The notes: generated from the letters alone by a model not told the origin. Numbered from the stretch's first letter, positions 43,501-55,940 are shown. The stretch is 64,000 nucleotides of DNA from Octopus sinensis (GCF_006345805.1 NC_043023.1:13702001-13766000); one strand, 5' to 3'. Made by a program: numbers and translations.

Positions 43501-46500
43501 TGAGTGACCGGCTCAAAAATGATGACCACCCCCTTGTAAAGGAAAATAAAGGGTTATTATGAATAACCCACCTATTTATATAGCAAGTTGTAAGCCTGAG
43601 TGTTTCAAACAACAGACCCCAAAATAAATCTATATATAAATATACATACACATATGTGAGCATGTATATATAAAAATATATATACACGCACTAAAGGAAA
43701 ATAGCTTCTGCAAATTCACCCACAGGAGCCGGTGAGGAAATTTACTTTACTAAAAAATCTCACAAGCAAGAGAAGGGATCAAGCCGGCCCTTTAAGCCAT
43801 TCCAATCTTTGACAGTGCAAAGTAGTACAAAAATTTTCCTCAACAAGTAGAAGAGAAAACTCCCCCATGGCAAAATATACTTCAGAGCTAACAATATCAG
43901 ACAAGAGATTGATTGGATTATCAAAGAAGACAAAGCACCTGCCATTTTCCTCTCCTCTCAGAAACAGAATTTACTGAAGAAGCGGAAAAATTCAGGGAAC
44001 CAGTTCTGTTGCTTTTTTTTCTTTCTTTTTCCACATAGCTAAAAAGGCGAGCAATATGGACAGACCCTCCTTAGTGGTCCTGTCAAAGCCTATCGAAAAA
44101 ACTGCCTGATGAATTTCGGGGACAGGGACAGAGAAAGAGAGATACAGGAAAAGGATAGATATATATAGAAGCAGTTTATATATAATATACATACATTAGA
44201 CTAATTTAACATGAAAGTGTCCCCCAGAAAATACTTGCCTGAAATAATGCATGTCTCTACAAAAAACTGCCCACCCTATTTTTTGAAGGATTCTAAAGTA
44301 TTGGGCCAAATCAAATTTGAAAATAGGGGCTACATGAATTTGGAATATCACATCTTAAATATACATTAACTGAAGTTTTGTAATAACTGGCTGTCTACAC
44401 AAATCTTTAAAATAACTTTCAACATTGCAAAGAGACAATACATTATGGGACCAATATGGCTAGGAATAGAAATTGTATTAGATAATAGATTTCAAGAATA
44501 CTGACATGGGAAGGAAAAGAAAAAAGTAAAATATGGTGTGTTATGCTACAAGAGAGAAGCAATAATAAAAATGGCATCGGTTGAAGTTATTGTTGGATGG
44601 GGCTGAAAACTTTTCAGTGGACTCATTCTGACAGGGATGAGGATTCAAGCAAATTCAGAACAGAGCTGTGATTTATGTAACTTTACGACTGGTTAACATA
44701 GCTACAGCTGGTCCTTAGCCCGCTTGAGGAAGGAGGATAGGAGTGGGGGACAGAGCCAACAGTTCTGCCAGTCCTAGTTTCTAGATTGCTAACCAAAATA
44801 TGTGGAAGTTGTCCTGGTAAGGGAGCAGTCACCAAACATTGCTTAAGAGGTAGGTAATGTAGTGAAAACTGGATGGAACTCCCAATATGGAACAAGCAAC
44901 CATGTGGCTAGAAACAAGAACCAGGATATCTAAAACTGGACTCCAAGGAAGATGGAAGCATGGCAGAGCAAACACGTGGAGAATAAGCCCTGGCAAGCAG
45001 CAACACCTGAGGGCAATTATAATAGTAATTTACTGCCAAAGATCAAAAACAGATCCCTAGATAGTACTTAATGCCTTACAGGGTGAAGGGAATTAAAGAC
45101 GATACAAACACCTAAATAGAGGGTACAACAACAGGATGTCAGGGGACAACAAATTTACATTGCTTCTCCTTTGCAGAGCATTACACACTTAAAAATATAC
45201 AAAATAGCGAAACAAAACCTGCCCTACCCACAACTGGAACTTAAATCTTTTCCCCAACAATAATAAAAACAAACAACACTCGGCTCTTATTATTCATGCC
45301 AATAACATTCTTGCCATAGCTAAGATCATTGCAGGAAAGGACTGGCTGGTAGTAGGGAAGGGACACGGGTTGTGAGGTCTTAAGGAATTTACCACCAACA
45401 CTAGTTGAACTAGTATAGGTCAGTAAACCATCCTAACCACAACTAGTATTATTATTATCATTGATTAAACAATAAAATACCGAGAGCCACCACTAAGAGC
45501 TGTACATTTGTTTCAAGAGAGATAGGCAGAGGGAGGCCACACAGACTCCCTTTGTTGCAGGGGGTTTGTCTTTTTTTGTTTTTCCTTTTTCTCTTTGGTA
45601 CATGACAAAAAGTACTGCTACTCTCACAAGCCGTAGACAATAGCCTTGTCTACGGCGGTTTGCCGTAGCTAGCACCGCGCCACATACAAACATAATTTGG
45701 CAATGAGGTAACTCCATTGCAAGACAAAAATAAGCTGTCGTACTGAAAATATAAAAGTGAAAAAAATTACAAAAGATGTCTCGTAACACAACATTTCTAT
45801 AGACATCAAGGTTGCATTTTAAGCATGAGAAACGTTAAACTCAACAGAAATTACATAGGGCAAGTAACTAGCAGCACTTAATTTAACTAGATACATGTGC
45901 TTATATAGATATAGAAATATATATATATATATATATATAGACATATGTACAAATATATATATTATACACGGGTTCAAATTGACAATTGGTACTAAACCAA
46001 TTATTTTTCTTAAAAAAAATTTCAATAAATGCATCTTAAACAGCCTTGACAGATGAAGGCCACTACATCATCTAATTAATAGCAGTAGGGATAAATGTAT
46101 TTGCTTATCAAGAGGCAAATCCATACCTTTACCATCTTTATCTTTGCCATCGTTACCTGCAAGAAAAAAATTTCCGATTCAGCAAGGTTGTTTTGAAGAA
46201 GAAAGGGCCAAAAAATGATCAAACATTCATTGGGCCCTTTTTTTTTTTTTTTTGCATGGAGTCAAATACAGAAATTCTCATCAATAGTGGTGGCCACCAA
46301 TTATTGTTATTAATCTAGTAAATAAGCCAGGCCCTTAACTCATGGTGCCATGAATTGCCACGGTACCACGATTCCAAGGGTGGCACAGAGGACAGAGAGG
46401 CAGATATATGCGAAGGGAATATATTATTATTATTATTATAATAATAATTAGGTGAATCTAGATATTCTAAATGTGTTGAGACAAAACCACCACCGCCACC

Positions 46501-49500
46501 AGGACTGTAAAAATAACTTACCCTCAGTAGTAGGTTCATATTCGAAGGTCTTCCCATTGATTTCCATGGGCATCAGCTTGTTAAACACAACCTCGGCAGC
46601 TTCTTCAGAAGGAAACTTCATCCGCATGAACCTGTAATAGACCAGGGAGTGGTAATAATCTTTTCGGTTTGACCGGCGCAGTTTTTTTTTCTTTCAAATA
46701 ATTTCCACGTAACTAAACACTTTTAAACTTCGTATACTGGTAGAATGTGTTTATAAAACATCTTTTTCTCTTGGCTTTCTTGAGAAAATTCGATAGTTGT
46801 AAGATATTTGTTGTTTTTTCTGCAATTTCAACTAATCACTGACGTCCACTGAGGTAAAAAAACATTGTGCCATATGAATATGTCCATCATTTAAGAAACA
46901 GATTGGGTTTATTTACATTTGTGAAGAAAAAAAGATACCCTACCCCCCACCCCTAAAATAGATTGAAATGCAATAGATCGATACTAGGGTCATAATTGTG
47001 GATGACAATTTCATATGACACCGCTAGAAAAAACTGCCGTTCAAACCGAAAAAATCCGGGTTTTTTTTTAATATAAAAAAACCCCTTTTGCATTGAAATT
47101 GTTAACTATAGCATAACCACACAAAAACCTGCACCATACTTCTGTGTTTTGGCATGGTCTTGATGGTTGATGCCTTCCTAACAGCAACCACCCTACATGG
47201 CACCAGCACAGGCAAAGTCAGTTTTAGCATGGTTTCTACAGCTGGATGCTGTTCCAAAGGATAACCATTCTACAGTGTGGACCGGATGCTTTTTGCATGG
47301 CACCAAATAACTTTCCAAGACAAGGAATCTTTGAAAGGGAAGCAGGCATTGTCACACTTTTGTACTAACCATGCAATAGTTTTTTCATAGAATAACATTG
47401 TAAGATATGTTAGAATGGTTGGATCAGGTGAGGTATTTCACCTGGATTTAGCCAGTTTCAAAAGTCAAAGGGTTATGGAAGGAGGAGTACTAGCTGATTA
47501 CATCAACACCAACTCCTAACTGGTGCTTATTTCACTGGCCCTCAAAAAGCTAAAAAAGGTGAAGCTGACCAAGGCAGAATTCTGTCAGCTTGCCACTGTC
47601 TGCAATTTTTGAGAAAGGACAAAGCTGATTACATCGACACAAATATACCCAACAATAACCACACACAATTTTCAAAACCATTTGAAAATCCTTTCTATTA
47701 TAGGCACAGAGCCTGTAATTATGGGGAAGGTGGGCTACACAGCATAACTGACTAGCCCCCCCACTGCCAAAATTACATTGACCTCAGTATGCAACTGGTA
47801 CTTATGTTATTGACCCCGGAAGGGTGAAAGGCTATGTCAAGCTCAGTGAAATTTGAACTCAATGTACAGCCAGGGAAAAATGCAGCTGAAGCATTTTGCC
47901 CAGCATGCAAACAATCCTATCAGCTTACCACTTTAACAACCCCTAATATTTCATAGTATTTTTCTTTAACGTGGATATACGCTAGAACAACCCCCAGGAC
48001 ATAAAAAAAAAAAGAGGGCGGGGGCAAGATGTGGTTGTGAACCACTATATTAGAGGGTGAGAGAAATAGGAATACTTACCCTTTCCTAATACCAGACTTC
48101 TCTTTAATGTATCTGATGGTCAAACAGGAGTCATCCCAGTAGTCAGACAACTCGGACACAGCAACCTTGATGTCCTCCAGCTTTAACTTGTGAATTGTCA
48201 ACAGGTTGGGGTATGGACGTCCTGCAGTGACACAAGAAGAAAACGGTTTATTCACACCCACCCCTCTCACCGACAGCACAGAAACAAATGAAACACTCAA
48301 CAAAACTTCCTACACCAAGGTAAGGGCCACCCTTGGGTGACACAAATTACAAAATATCTAAACAGCAAACTTTAATCATTAGGTGTGGGTGGGTCTATGT
48401 AAGAAGTTTGCTTCCTAATCACATGGCTTTGGGTTCAGCCCTGCTGCATGGCCCTTTTAACTAGTCTTATAATATAGCCTCAGGGAGGCCTAAACCTTGA
48501 CTGGATTTCGTAGGCAAAAACAGAAAACAAGCCTGTTGTGCATACATAACTATTTCTTTACTACCCACAAGGGGCTGAACACAGAGGGGACAAACACACG
48601 GATTAATTTGATTACATTTGACCCCAGTGCGTAACTGGTACTTAGTTAATCAACCCCAAAAGGAAGAAAGGCAAAGTCGACCTCGGCTTTGATTCTGTGT
48701 GTGGTATGTATGTGCATACATACCACACACACACACATGTGCATGTCTGGACTCCACCACGACATCTTTCACAGATATTACATGTTCAATGACAGCGTTG
48801 GATAGTTTAATACTTTAGCATTCAGATTGACTTATCAAATGAAATGCTTATTTACATTTTTTTTTAAATCAGATGGAAACTGAAAGAAGCCTATCATATA
48901 TGTATTTGTCTACCAACCATCCCTTGACAACTGTAACTTAGTAAGTCAGCAAAAAAGACCAATAGAATAAGTACTAGGTTTACAAGGAATAAATCATGGG
49001 GTCGATCCATTTGATCAAAGATGGCGCTCCAGCATGGCCACAGTCAAATGACAAACAAGTGTTGTGTGGTGGTATCTTGAAGCATCAAGGTGACTGCTTA
49101 TTTTCAGAATGATATGGTGGAGCTGAAGTGGGAGTCTGGATCTGGCCAGTGTAAATGCTACAGGGTTAAACAGACCACCACGACGTGCTCAAACATCTAT
49201 CCAACATATAGAGCTTAAAAAAGAAAAAGGAAAAACTCTGCAACACTCACTCAAATTAAATGTATTGTCATCCTCCTCTTCCTTCTTTTCAGCATCATCT
49301 TTCTTCTCTGTCAAAAATGGAAAGGAAAACAAAAATTAAAACTAGAAGACAAGTCTTGTTCACAGGGAGACAATTCCAAACAAGAGATAACTCACAATGT
49401 CTTTATTCTTTAATATAAAACCGGTTATAACATAGATAGGCCTACTCAAAATTTTAAATTAAAACCTTTAAAATTTTAAATTAAAGCTTTTCTAAATTTT

Positions 49501-50157
49501 CATTGAAGCAGGCAGTTGGTCCCTCTGGTGATGTAAAGCATGTGTCGGTGCCAGGAAAAGCACCCTGCTGTCAAAACCAAGCCAAATCAGACTGAGCCTG
49601 CTGCGGCTCCCCAGCTCTGATCAAACCATCCTACCCACGCTGGCTGGCATGGAATGATAATGTAGTACTTCAACAGAAATATGGTAAGAAAAGGGTTGAA
49701 AGTGGTCTAAATTAAAACCTCCCATCAAAATTTCTTAATGTTCCAAACACCAACCTAATAACGATAAAGTTATTTAACTAAATTCTCCATTGTTTTCAAT
49801 AGAAACATGCTAACAAAAGAGTGAAACAAGGAGGTATTAAACACTATCCTCTTAGCTGGATAGGGGCCAACAGAGAACTTAAAAGAATCAAAGTTATCAC
49901 TTCCCAATAATTACAACATTCACAGTTGGCACTACAGCTTGTTATAAGTGAAGAAAAACCAAGTATTGAAGGTGGTGTGATGGGGTGGCTAGAATTATCT
50001 TACCTTCCGCATTGCTGTCTTCCATAGGAACATCACCTTCCACTTTTTCCTCATCATCAAGAGGCAAGGTCCCAGTTTCCATATCTCCCTGGGTTACTTC
50101 TTCAACTTCGTCATCATCATCATTGGCAATGGTCTGTTGTAGATCTTCTGTAGACAT
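28498..50157 (-). CDS. Complete 13-exon CDS (1,485 nt, 494 aa): nucleolin/hnRNP-like RNA-binding protein with acidic N-terminus, two RRMs and a Gly/Tyr/Asn-rich low-complexity tail
   Basis: join of 50157-50004, 49307-49251, 48221-48080, 46631-46522, 46156-46127, 43027-42898, 41484-41360, 40205-40107, 39032-38953, 34301-34231, 33118-33041, 32163-31817, 28559-28498. All introns are GT-AG and all phases match. An in-frame TAA lies just upstream of the ATG. RRM1 RNP1 KGFMRMKF; RRM2 RNP2 LYVNNI and RNP1 QGYALVEC. Confidence 0.88.
30590..31330 (-). mobile_element. Degenerate LINE fragment, apurinic-like endonuclease region
   Basis: Minus-strand peptides DISLLGVTDIWL (cf. APE D...vtEtWL) and LLPNANVCLVIG (cf. 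..p.a.i.i.GDFN); frameshifted and stop-ridden. Confidence 0.5.
31817..32163 (-). CDS. RRM gene exon 12: prion-like G/Q/N/Y region (with internal alternative donor at 31988)
   Basis: Acceptor CCCCATTCTCGTTGCAG| phase 2; donor TCGG|GTATGC phase 1; peptide QQLLSPNQMGGQGDGQYGNQSWGQG...RTFDYNSS. Confidence 0.88.
32496..32677. mobile_element. piggyBac-type MITE (same family as 26850-27076)
   Basis: TTAACCCTTTAGTG...AAATGCTAAAGGGTTAA. Confidence 0.85.
33041..33118 (-). CDS. RRM gene exon 11: NQGGQNVTAALSQTSELLKGLTSLLG (amphipathic helix)
   Basis: Acceptor TTTCCCTCCAG|, donor GG|GTTAGT; 78 nt, phase 2-2. Confidence 0.85.
34231..34301 (-). CDS. RRM gene exon 10: PLQFMQKGRMDGGRRQLMDGGGQW
   Basis: Acceptor TTTCTTTTTTTACAG|, donor TG|GTGAGT; phase 0-2, exactly the phase needed to link exons 9 and 11. 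Confidence 0.85.
34698..38941. repeat. Intronic satellite: 17 head-to-tail copies of a ~253-bp unit = piggyBac-type MITE + 23-bp spacer
   Basis: Each unit reads TTAA-CCCTTTTGATAC...GGTAACAAAAGGG-TTAA followed by AATATATAATAGAGAAACAATTC. Starts at ~34698, 34932, 35182, 35435, 35684, 35934, 36186, 36440, 36692, 36942, 37192, 37442, 37692, 37946, 38199, 38452 and 38702. Confidence 0.95.
38953..39032 (-). CDS. RRM gene exon 9: KRPQQMQQMQQRKQRWSPERRQQGRK
   Basis: Acceptor TTTTTTATTAACCAG|, donor AAA|GTAAGT; phase 1-0. Confidence 0.85.
40107..40205 (-). CDS. RRM gene exon 8: DDKKSKKHQNNQQNKKGRFSNSQNRRNHQMNKK (basic, NLS/NoLS-like)
   Basis: Acceptor TTCTCTTCCGTTTAG|, donor AAG|GTGAGA; 99 nt, phase 1-1. 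Confidence 0.85.
41360..41484 (-). CDS. RRM gene exon 7: second half of RRM2 (GYALVECHSLQEAETMLAESKELKLKENVLTCDL)
   Basis: Acceptor CTTTTCTACAG|, donor GATG|GTAAGT; phase 2-1. Confidence 0.92.
42898..43027 (-). CDS. RRM gene exon 6: first half of RRM2 (DYSLYVNNIPQGVTVKEVQALFPQARNVVIP)
   Basis: Acceptor CAATTTCAG|, donor GG|GTAATT; phase 1-2; resembles nucleolin-type RRM starts. Confidence 0.92.
46127..46156 (-). CDS. RRM gene exon 5: 30-nt microexon (GNDGKDKDGK) in the inter-RRM linker
   Basis: Acceptor TTTTTTTCTTGCAG|, donor AAG|GTATGG; phase 1-1. Confidence 0.8.
46522..46631 (-). CDS. RRM gene exon 4: second half of RRM1 (FMRMKFPSEEAAEVVFNKLMPMEINGKTFEYE)
   Basis: Acceptor CTATTACAG|, donor GAGG|GTAAGT; phase 2-1; the F.s.e.A....... 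.i.G..l pattern of RRM helix 2/beta 4. Confidence 0.92.
46657..47056. mobile_element. MITE with ~25-bp TIRs, inserted ~25 nt upstream of the exon 4 acceptor
   Basis: AATCTTTTCGGTTTGACCGGCGCAGTTTT ... AAAACTGCCGTTCAAACCGAAAAAATC. Confidence 0.8.
48080..48221 (-). CDS. RRM gene exon 3: first half of RRM1 (RRPYPNLLTIHKLKLEDIKVAVSELSDYWDDSCLTIRYIKEKSGIRKG)
   Basis: Acceptor GTCACTGCAG|, donor AAAGG|GTAAGT; phase 1-2. Confidence 0.9.
49251..49307 (-). CDS. RRM gene exon 2: EKKDDAEKKEEEDDNTFNL
   Basis: Acceptor TTTTTGACAG|, donor TGA|GTGAGT; 57 nt, phase 1-1. Confidence 0.88.
   Translation of the reverse strand, partial: RRKMMLKRRKRRMTIHLI
50004..50157 (-). CDS. RRM gene first coding exon: acidic N-terminus MSTEDLQQTIANDDDDEVEEV...EDSNAE
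   Basis: Acceptor CTTTCTTTTACAG| at 50166, then TAAATAAAC-ATG (in-frame stop upstream); donor GAAG|GTAAGA. Confidence 0.9.
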
Positions 50158-53100
50158 GTTTATTTACTGTAAAAGAAAGGAAAAAAAAAATATTCACCAC
50201 AGGGTAAAAAGAAAAACCAGAACCTGGTCTATAGTGAAATACATGCACAGGTCAAACTATTTTCCATGGATGACTGCCCTTAATGTTGCAAGTCCCTTCC
50301 ATGTAGGGGTAATAATACCACTGCTTACTGAAGAGCTAAACCATGTTTAAAAAGTGGAAACAAAGCATAGAAACACCCCTGCAACACAAACTTCTTTCAG
50401 TCTACAAAATCCACTCAAAAGTTTTAATCCCCAGTGCAATAGCACAAGAAAGTGTCCAAAGTGCTATGCATGGCGGGGAAGTCAGATCATGAGTGTTCAA
50501 AGATCTTCCCAGAGACACAATAGGGAATACACGTGCCAGATTTCAGAGCTATCTTGGGGCTGTGTTGAAAACCAAGGGCAGCTACTTTGAGTAAACTCAC
50601 CTCACAGCCATAATCTAATCAACACTTTATGAACTTTGAAAATAATTTTATTCTCAAATGGAATATTGTCTTATTTTTCTGTCATGAAAACTCAATTTAA
50701 CACAAAAACCCTGCACATATACCAACATGGACTGTCACCAGTGATACCCATGGTAGTCAAAGTGTTAAAAAAGTACATTTTCCAGGAAGTTACAAAGTCT
50801 GGAGAAGGAGGAGTAAGCAGTGTAATTATCCTAAGTTTCCATCCTATAATCAAATTCACTCCAGTCACTACCAACCTGGTTACTTTGATCATTGACTGTA
50901 ACCTTAGTGACAATATGAAAGCTTTTTCTGATTTATTTCTAAGGGACCCATTATATATTCTAGTCATTTTCCTTCCAAAACTCTTTTAAAAAAAAAATTT
51001 AAGGATTATGCTTCAAAGAAGGCTTCAAGAAATTTAGATCCAACTCCCCATACAAATCCTCTACAAGCCCTTTGTCCCAGTTTTAAAGAATTCTTAAAAA
51101 ACATACTAATTTATGTCCCAAACACCAACCTAGTATCAGTAGTTTAAATTCTTTATTTCAAGTAATTGGGGGGGGGGGGGACAGAAATAAATTGAAGTTA
51201 AGGAAGCATTTTCTCTCAGACTGCCAACTATCCTACAAACAGATGACAGGATTTTTTTAGGGAAATGCTATACCTGTATATTGATTTTCCGATTTAGACA
51301 AAACCAGCATTTTTGAGGGGGTAGTCAATACTAAATGGCTCAAGTAATTGACCGGTGTAAAATTTTACTGACCCGCTAAGGAAAAAAAAGTTAACCTCAG
51401 CAGAAATCTAAAGAGCTCTGTATAATTTTAATTTTGGGCAAACATTTTTAAGGTGAACAGTAAGTCAATTTCAATTACATTGACCCCCAGTGGTCAACTG
51501 GTACTTATTTTGTCAAACACGAGAGGATGAAAGACAAAACTGAAATTGGTTCAATTTGAACATGGAACTTAAAAAGGTGTAGTAATGTTGCTATGCACAT
51601 CCTCTGGTGTATTATTGATTCTACCAGCTCAATACCTTAAACCCACTATATTTTCCACTATTAGCACAAGGCCTGAAATTTTAGCAGAGGAGGCAAGTTG
51701 ATCACAATGACCTCAAGATTTGAACTCAGAACATAACAAATGAAAAGCTACTAAGCATTTCTGCCAGCTAGCTGTCTCAGAGCTATGTATAATTTATTTA
51801 CAAATAGGGAATCTAACACAAAAATACATAATTTGCTTATTCATCAGTATTTCCCAGACATCCTCCCAATGCGAGTTAACACCAGTGTTAACTACTCCCT
51901 ACAGGTTTTAAGACAAATGCATATAAAACACAAGATCCCTTAATACAACAGCTTTATCAAGAACTTGAGAGCAAAATGCCAGCAATAATTACAGAAGCGC
52001 TCCACCCACCCAACTGTCACCCTCTCTGAAAAATGGGTTTTTTTAAATGAAATTTTCTATGAATATATTCTAAATGGGTGGACTGTGATATCGGAATTTG
52101 ATATGAAAATCTATGTGCAGGGCGGAAAATTGGAAATTTTAACGAAATTTTCCACAAATAAGTTTTACGCGACATGAAAAATTTTCTTCAAACCCTTTAG
52201 CATTCAGATTACTCAATCAAATGATATCGCTCATTATTAGAATGACATTGCAGGGTAGGTGTGAGGTCAAATGTAACAGGTTTGAGCGAAATAAAATATT
52301 TGGGCATGATAGGGTTAAATAAATTCAGAGGTAACTTATGTGGTCATTTAGTATGCTAGAAATAGCTAGGAATCACATGAATATATTTATTCTAAGGCCT
52401 ATATCAAACCAACAAATTCACGTTTGATGAGGCTTTCTCCAAATAATGGCAGCATGCTTGGAAAATTTTCCTTAAATTCCAGAAAAGAAAGGATGAAAGC
52501 CATATATATATATATATATAGTAAATTGGAAACAATTGTATTTCCAACATCAGAAAACATCAATGTCAAGATGTGTGAAATAGCCGCTTGTTCCACTACC
52601 CTTTTCTATATACTGAATTCCGATAAAATCTTAACCTTACACTATCGGAAAATTTCAATAAATATCCTTTTTCCAGGAAGTCAAGGGTAATAGGTGGACA
52701 TTGTCAATGTGCTATTGGTCACGGCATCAGACTAGTTCAACCTCTTCTGACCCAAGTTTACCCAAACACCACCGCAATCAGTAGTGCAGTATTGACTATA
52801 GTATATAGGGTAATGGACCAAAAAAATTCCAGATACGACCAAGTGGGGTGATAGAATTCATTGCAATTCGGCAATCTTGTACAGCGCAGACCGGTTGCTG
52901 ACTGCGCATGTGTTTAGCAGCAACAGCAGTCACGTGATTGTTGCAATAAGCCAGCAAGCCAGAGAAAAAAAGTCTTTGTTCTCTCTTCATAAAGCATCCT
53001 TTTCAAACATTAGCATTTTTACCTCGGAGGGGAGCGAGCAAAACGGGGGGGGGGGGGGGAAGCCGCAACACCACACAGCAGCGGCACTTAGTAATGTAGC

Positions 53101-53261
53101 GTAGAGGGGGGAGGCGGGAGTCAGAGAGGGGGAAAGGTGGGAGAAGGCAGTATTAGGAAGGGGGTGAAGCTCTAGTTGCGATGAGGAGTAGGGAGAAGAG
53201 AGAAGAGCATTGGGGCACTATATTACGATTCGAAAATTCAAATGAAAACTACTATAGTGGG

Positions 53262-53318
<57 letters not shown>

Positions 53319-53612
53319 GGTAGGTACACACAAGAACGAGAGAGAAAAGATCTAAAGACCTATTTAGATTATATGGGTTAAAGCCGAATGAAAAAAAAAT
53401 TCTTTTATACATTCTTTACGAAATGGTCTAAATTTATAAATAGTTAAAAGTTAAAAACAGGAAGAAGAGAAAGCATGAGAATAGGAGCACGTGTCTGTCT
53501 GTACGTCGCTTCTCTCGTAACCCCCCCACCTTTCCCTGCAAGATAAGAGATAGCTAAGCTAAGCTGGCTGGTTCGTTCGTTATTCCTGTTATTTTTAGGT
53601 CATCCTTCTTAC

Positions 53613-53800
53613 TCGGTCGGATGGCGGCGACGGCTACGACGACGACGTTGTTAGCAGCAGAGCAGGCGCTACTGTCAACCCACATCGCCACCACCATAGT
53701 GCTTGCGTGCTTACTACTACGACTGCTACTACTACAGCAGTTAAATCGCTGCAACACCGCCACCACCACCACCAGCCAATAACAACGCGCTACAAAGAAC
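53613..53800 (-). promoter_or_regulatory. Probable non-coding first exon and core promoter of the RRM gene
   Basis: CpG-rich island-like patch; donor CCGACCGA|GTAAGA at 53613/53612; YY1-like GCCGCCATCC (53628-53619) just inside the exon; CCAAT box AGCCAAT at ~53774-53780. TSS position inferred. Confidence 0.55.
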
Positions 53801-54769
53801 AAAAAGAACCCCCTCCCCTTCATGCCACAGACTGGTAACCAACTCCACCACCACCATCAATTTTCAAATAATTCCCGAAAAATACACTTTAGTTTAACCA
53901 ACCCGAAATCTATTACAAAACGATGAAAATAAACTAACCACATCACACCTTAGTAAATAATTCCATTTAAAAATTACAGTTTTCTCCTGCATAAACCTTA
54001 TTAATAATAAAAAAAATGCCGACGATGAGGTAAAAATGGCTACTTTATCACAAGAAATCAGCGTCGTGCTAGAAATCACAAGAGCTTGTGGTGATCGCAT
54101 TTGCATACCGTCGTCCTATTATTTACTAATTAGAATAAATAGAATAAAAATTAAATTTTCAGCGACACAGATGTAATAATTTAGTGTAGTAAGCTAGAAA
54201 ATTAATTGATTTAATATTTAGTTTTACAAGCCAGGTTTTTTTTTTTTTTAAAATTCACGGTGGTTGTTGGAAAAGTGAAACACGTTTTTATCTCAAAGAT
54301 GATTACATTTTCTCAAAGTACGTAAGCCTTGTAGAGACCGTTGCTATATATATATATATTATATTATATTATATAAATTAGAGATAAAACCACTATTAGG
54401 CAAATCAAACAATGAAAAACATAAGCCAATACATAAAATTAATTAATATTATTTTAAATATATATCAAAAGTTTAATATATATATATATATATCATTTGA
54501 GCAATACTCGAGAGGGCCGACGAAACCTGAAATTAAGTACTGCAGAATTCATAGTTTATATAATGGCCAATTATACAAACATATATATAGTTCTATTTGA
54601 AAAATCCACCAGAATGGACGAAAGCGCTATAATATAGGATATATGTTATATGATGTATAAAAACATGTAATATACAAATAAATATCTGTAAATTTAAAAC
54701 CACCCAAATTTCAGAGTACCTCATTTCTTCTAATATAAAATACCTGTACATCATCTCCAAACCTAATGA

Positions 54770-54807
<38 letters not shown>

Positions 54808-55569
54808 GTTAACCAGATAAGGATATATATATAGTTTATATATAAACTGAGAAACGCCTGCCTACGGACTGGCTGAAGCCGACAATAGCGTATGTATATG
54901 TATATATACATACATCTAGACCAGGAAAGAGGATGATTATGGATATATAAAAAAAGACAATCTGCCTTATTCGAAATGTATACACATCGGCGGTGGTGCT
55001 CCAGCATGACCAGAAACGGTTTAAAACCGATAATAGAATAGCTATATCCGTAACTAAATCAACACCACCCAAGATAACTCGCATTCTAGTCAGGTACGCT
55101 TTATTTAATAATATATATATATATATATTATATATATATACATATGTATGTATGTATATATAGCACAAGCGCGCGCTTTTACGTATGTGTAATCTAACAC
55201 GTGATGGATGACTGACAGACAGAGACAAAAACATTCTATTTTAGTGAAGACGGCCGCCAAACAACGACTATTGTGAGACAAGAGCATCTAGAAGCCTCTT
55301 CGCATCCAAGGCTTTTCAGAAATGCTAGAAGCAGCAGTCAGGCATCCTCCTCTCCCGGCTTACGAGCTTTACCAACGGAAAGATTGGAAGATAAAGCTTG
55401 ATGAACATTCTCTTCCTCTGAATGTGTGTGTTTGCCGACATAATTACAACCGCACCCATTATAGTCTTACGAAGAAATAATCAAAAAATTTTGAAATATT
55501 TCTTAATTACTTTCTTCTTGCAATCAGTACATTGTTCTCCGAGAGAAATAGTATTTGTATGTATGTATG

Positions 55570-55940
<371 letters not shown>

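Noticed and set aside
28498-50157. Assigning the symbol NCL (nucleolin), TARDBP or an hnRNP name
   Set aside because: The architecture only partly fits each (no RGG/GAR tail, degenerate RRM1, no TDP-43 N-terminal domain); orthology cannot be shown without a search.
28560-53612. Intronic box C/D snoRNAs, expected if this were a nucleolin-type host gene
   Set aside because: A visual scan found no properly spaced RTGATGA...CTGA pair with terminal stem on the sense strand; H/ACA RNAs cannot be excluded by eye.
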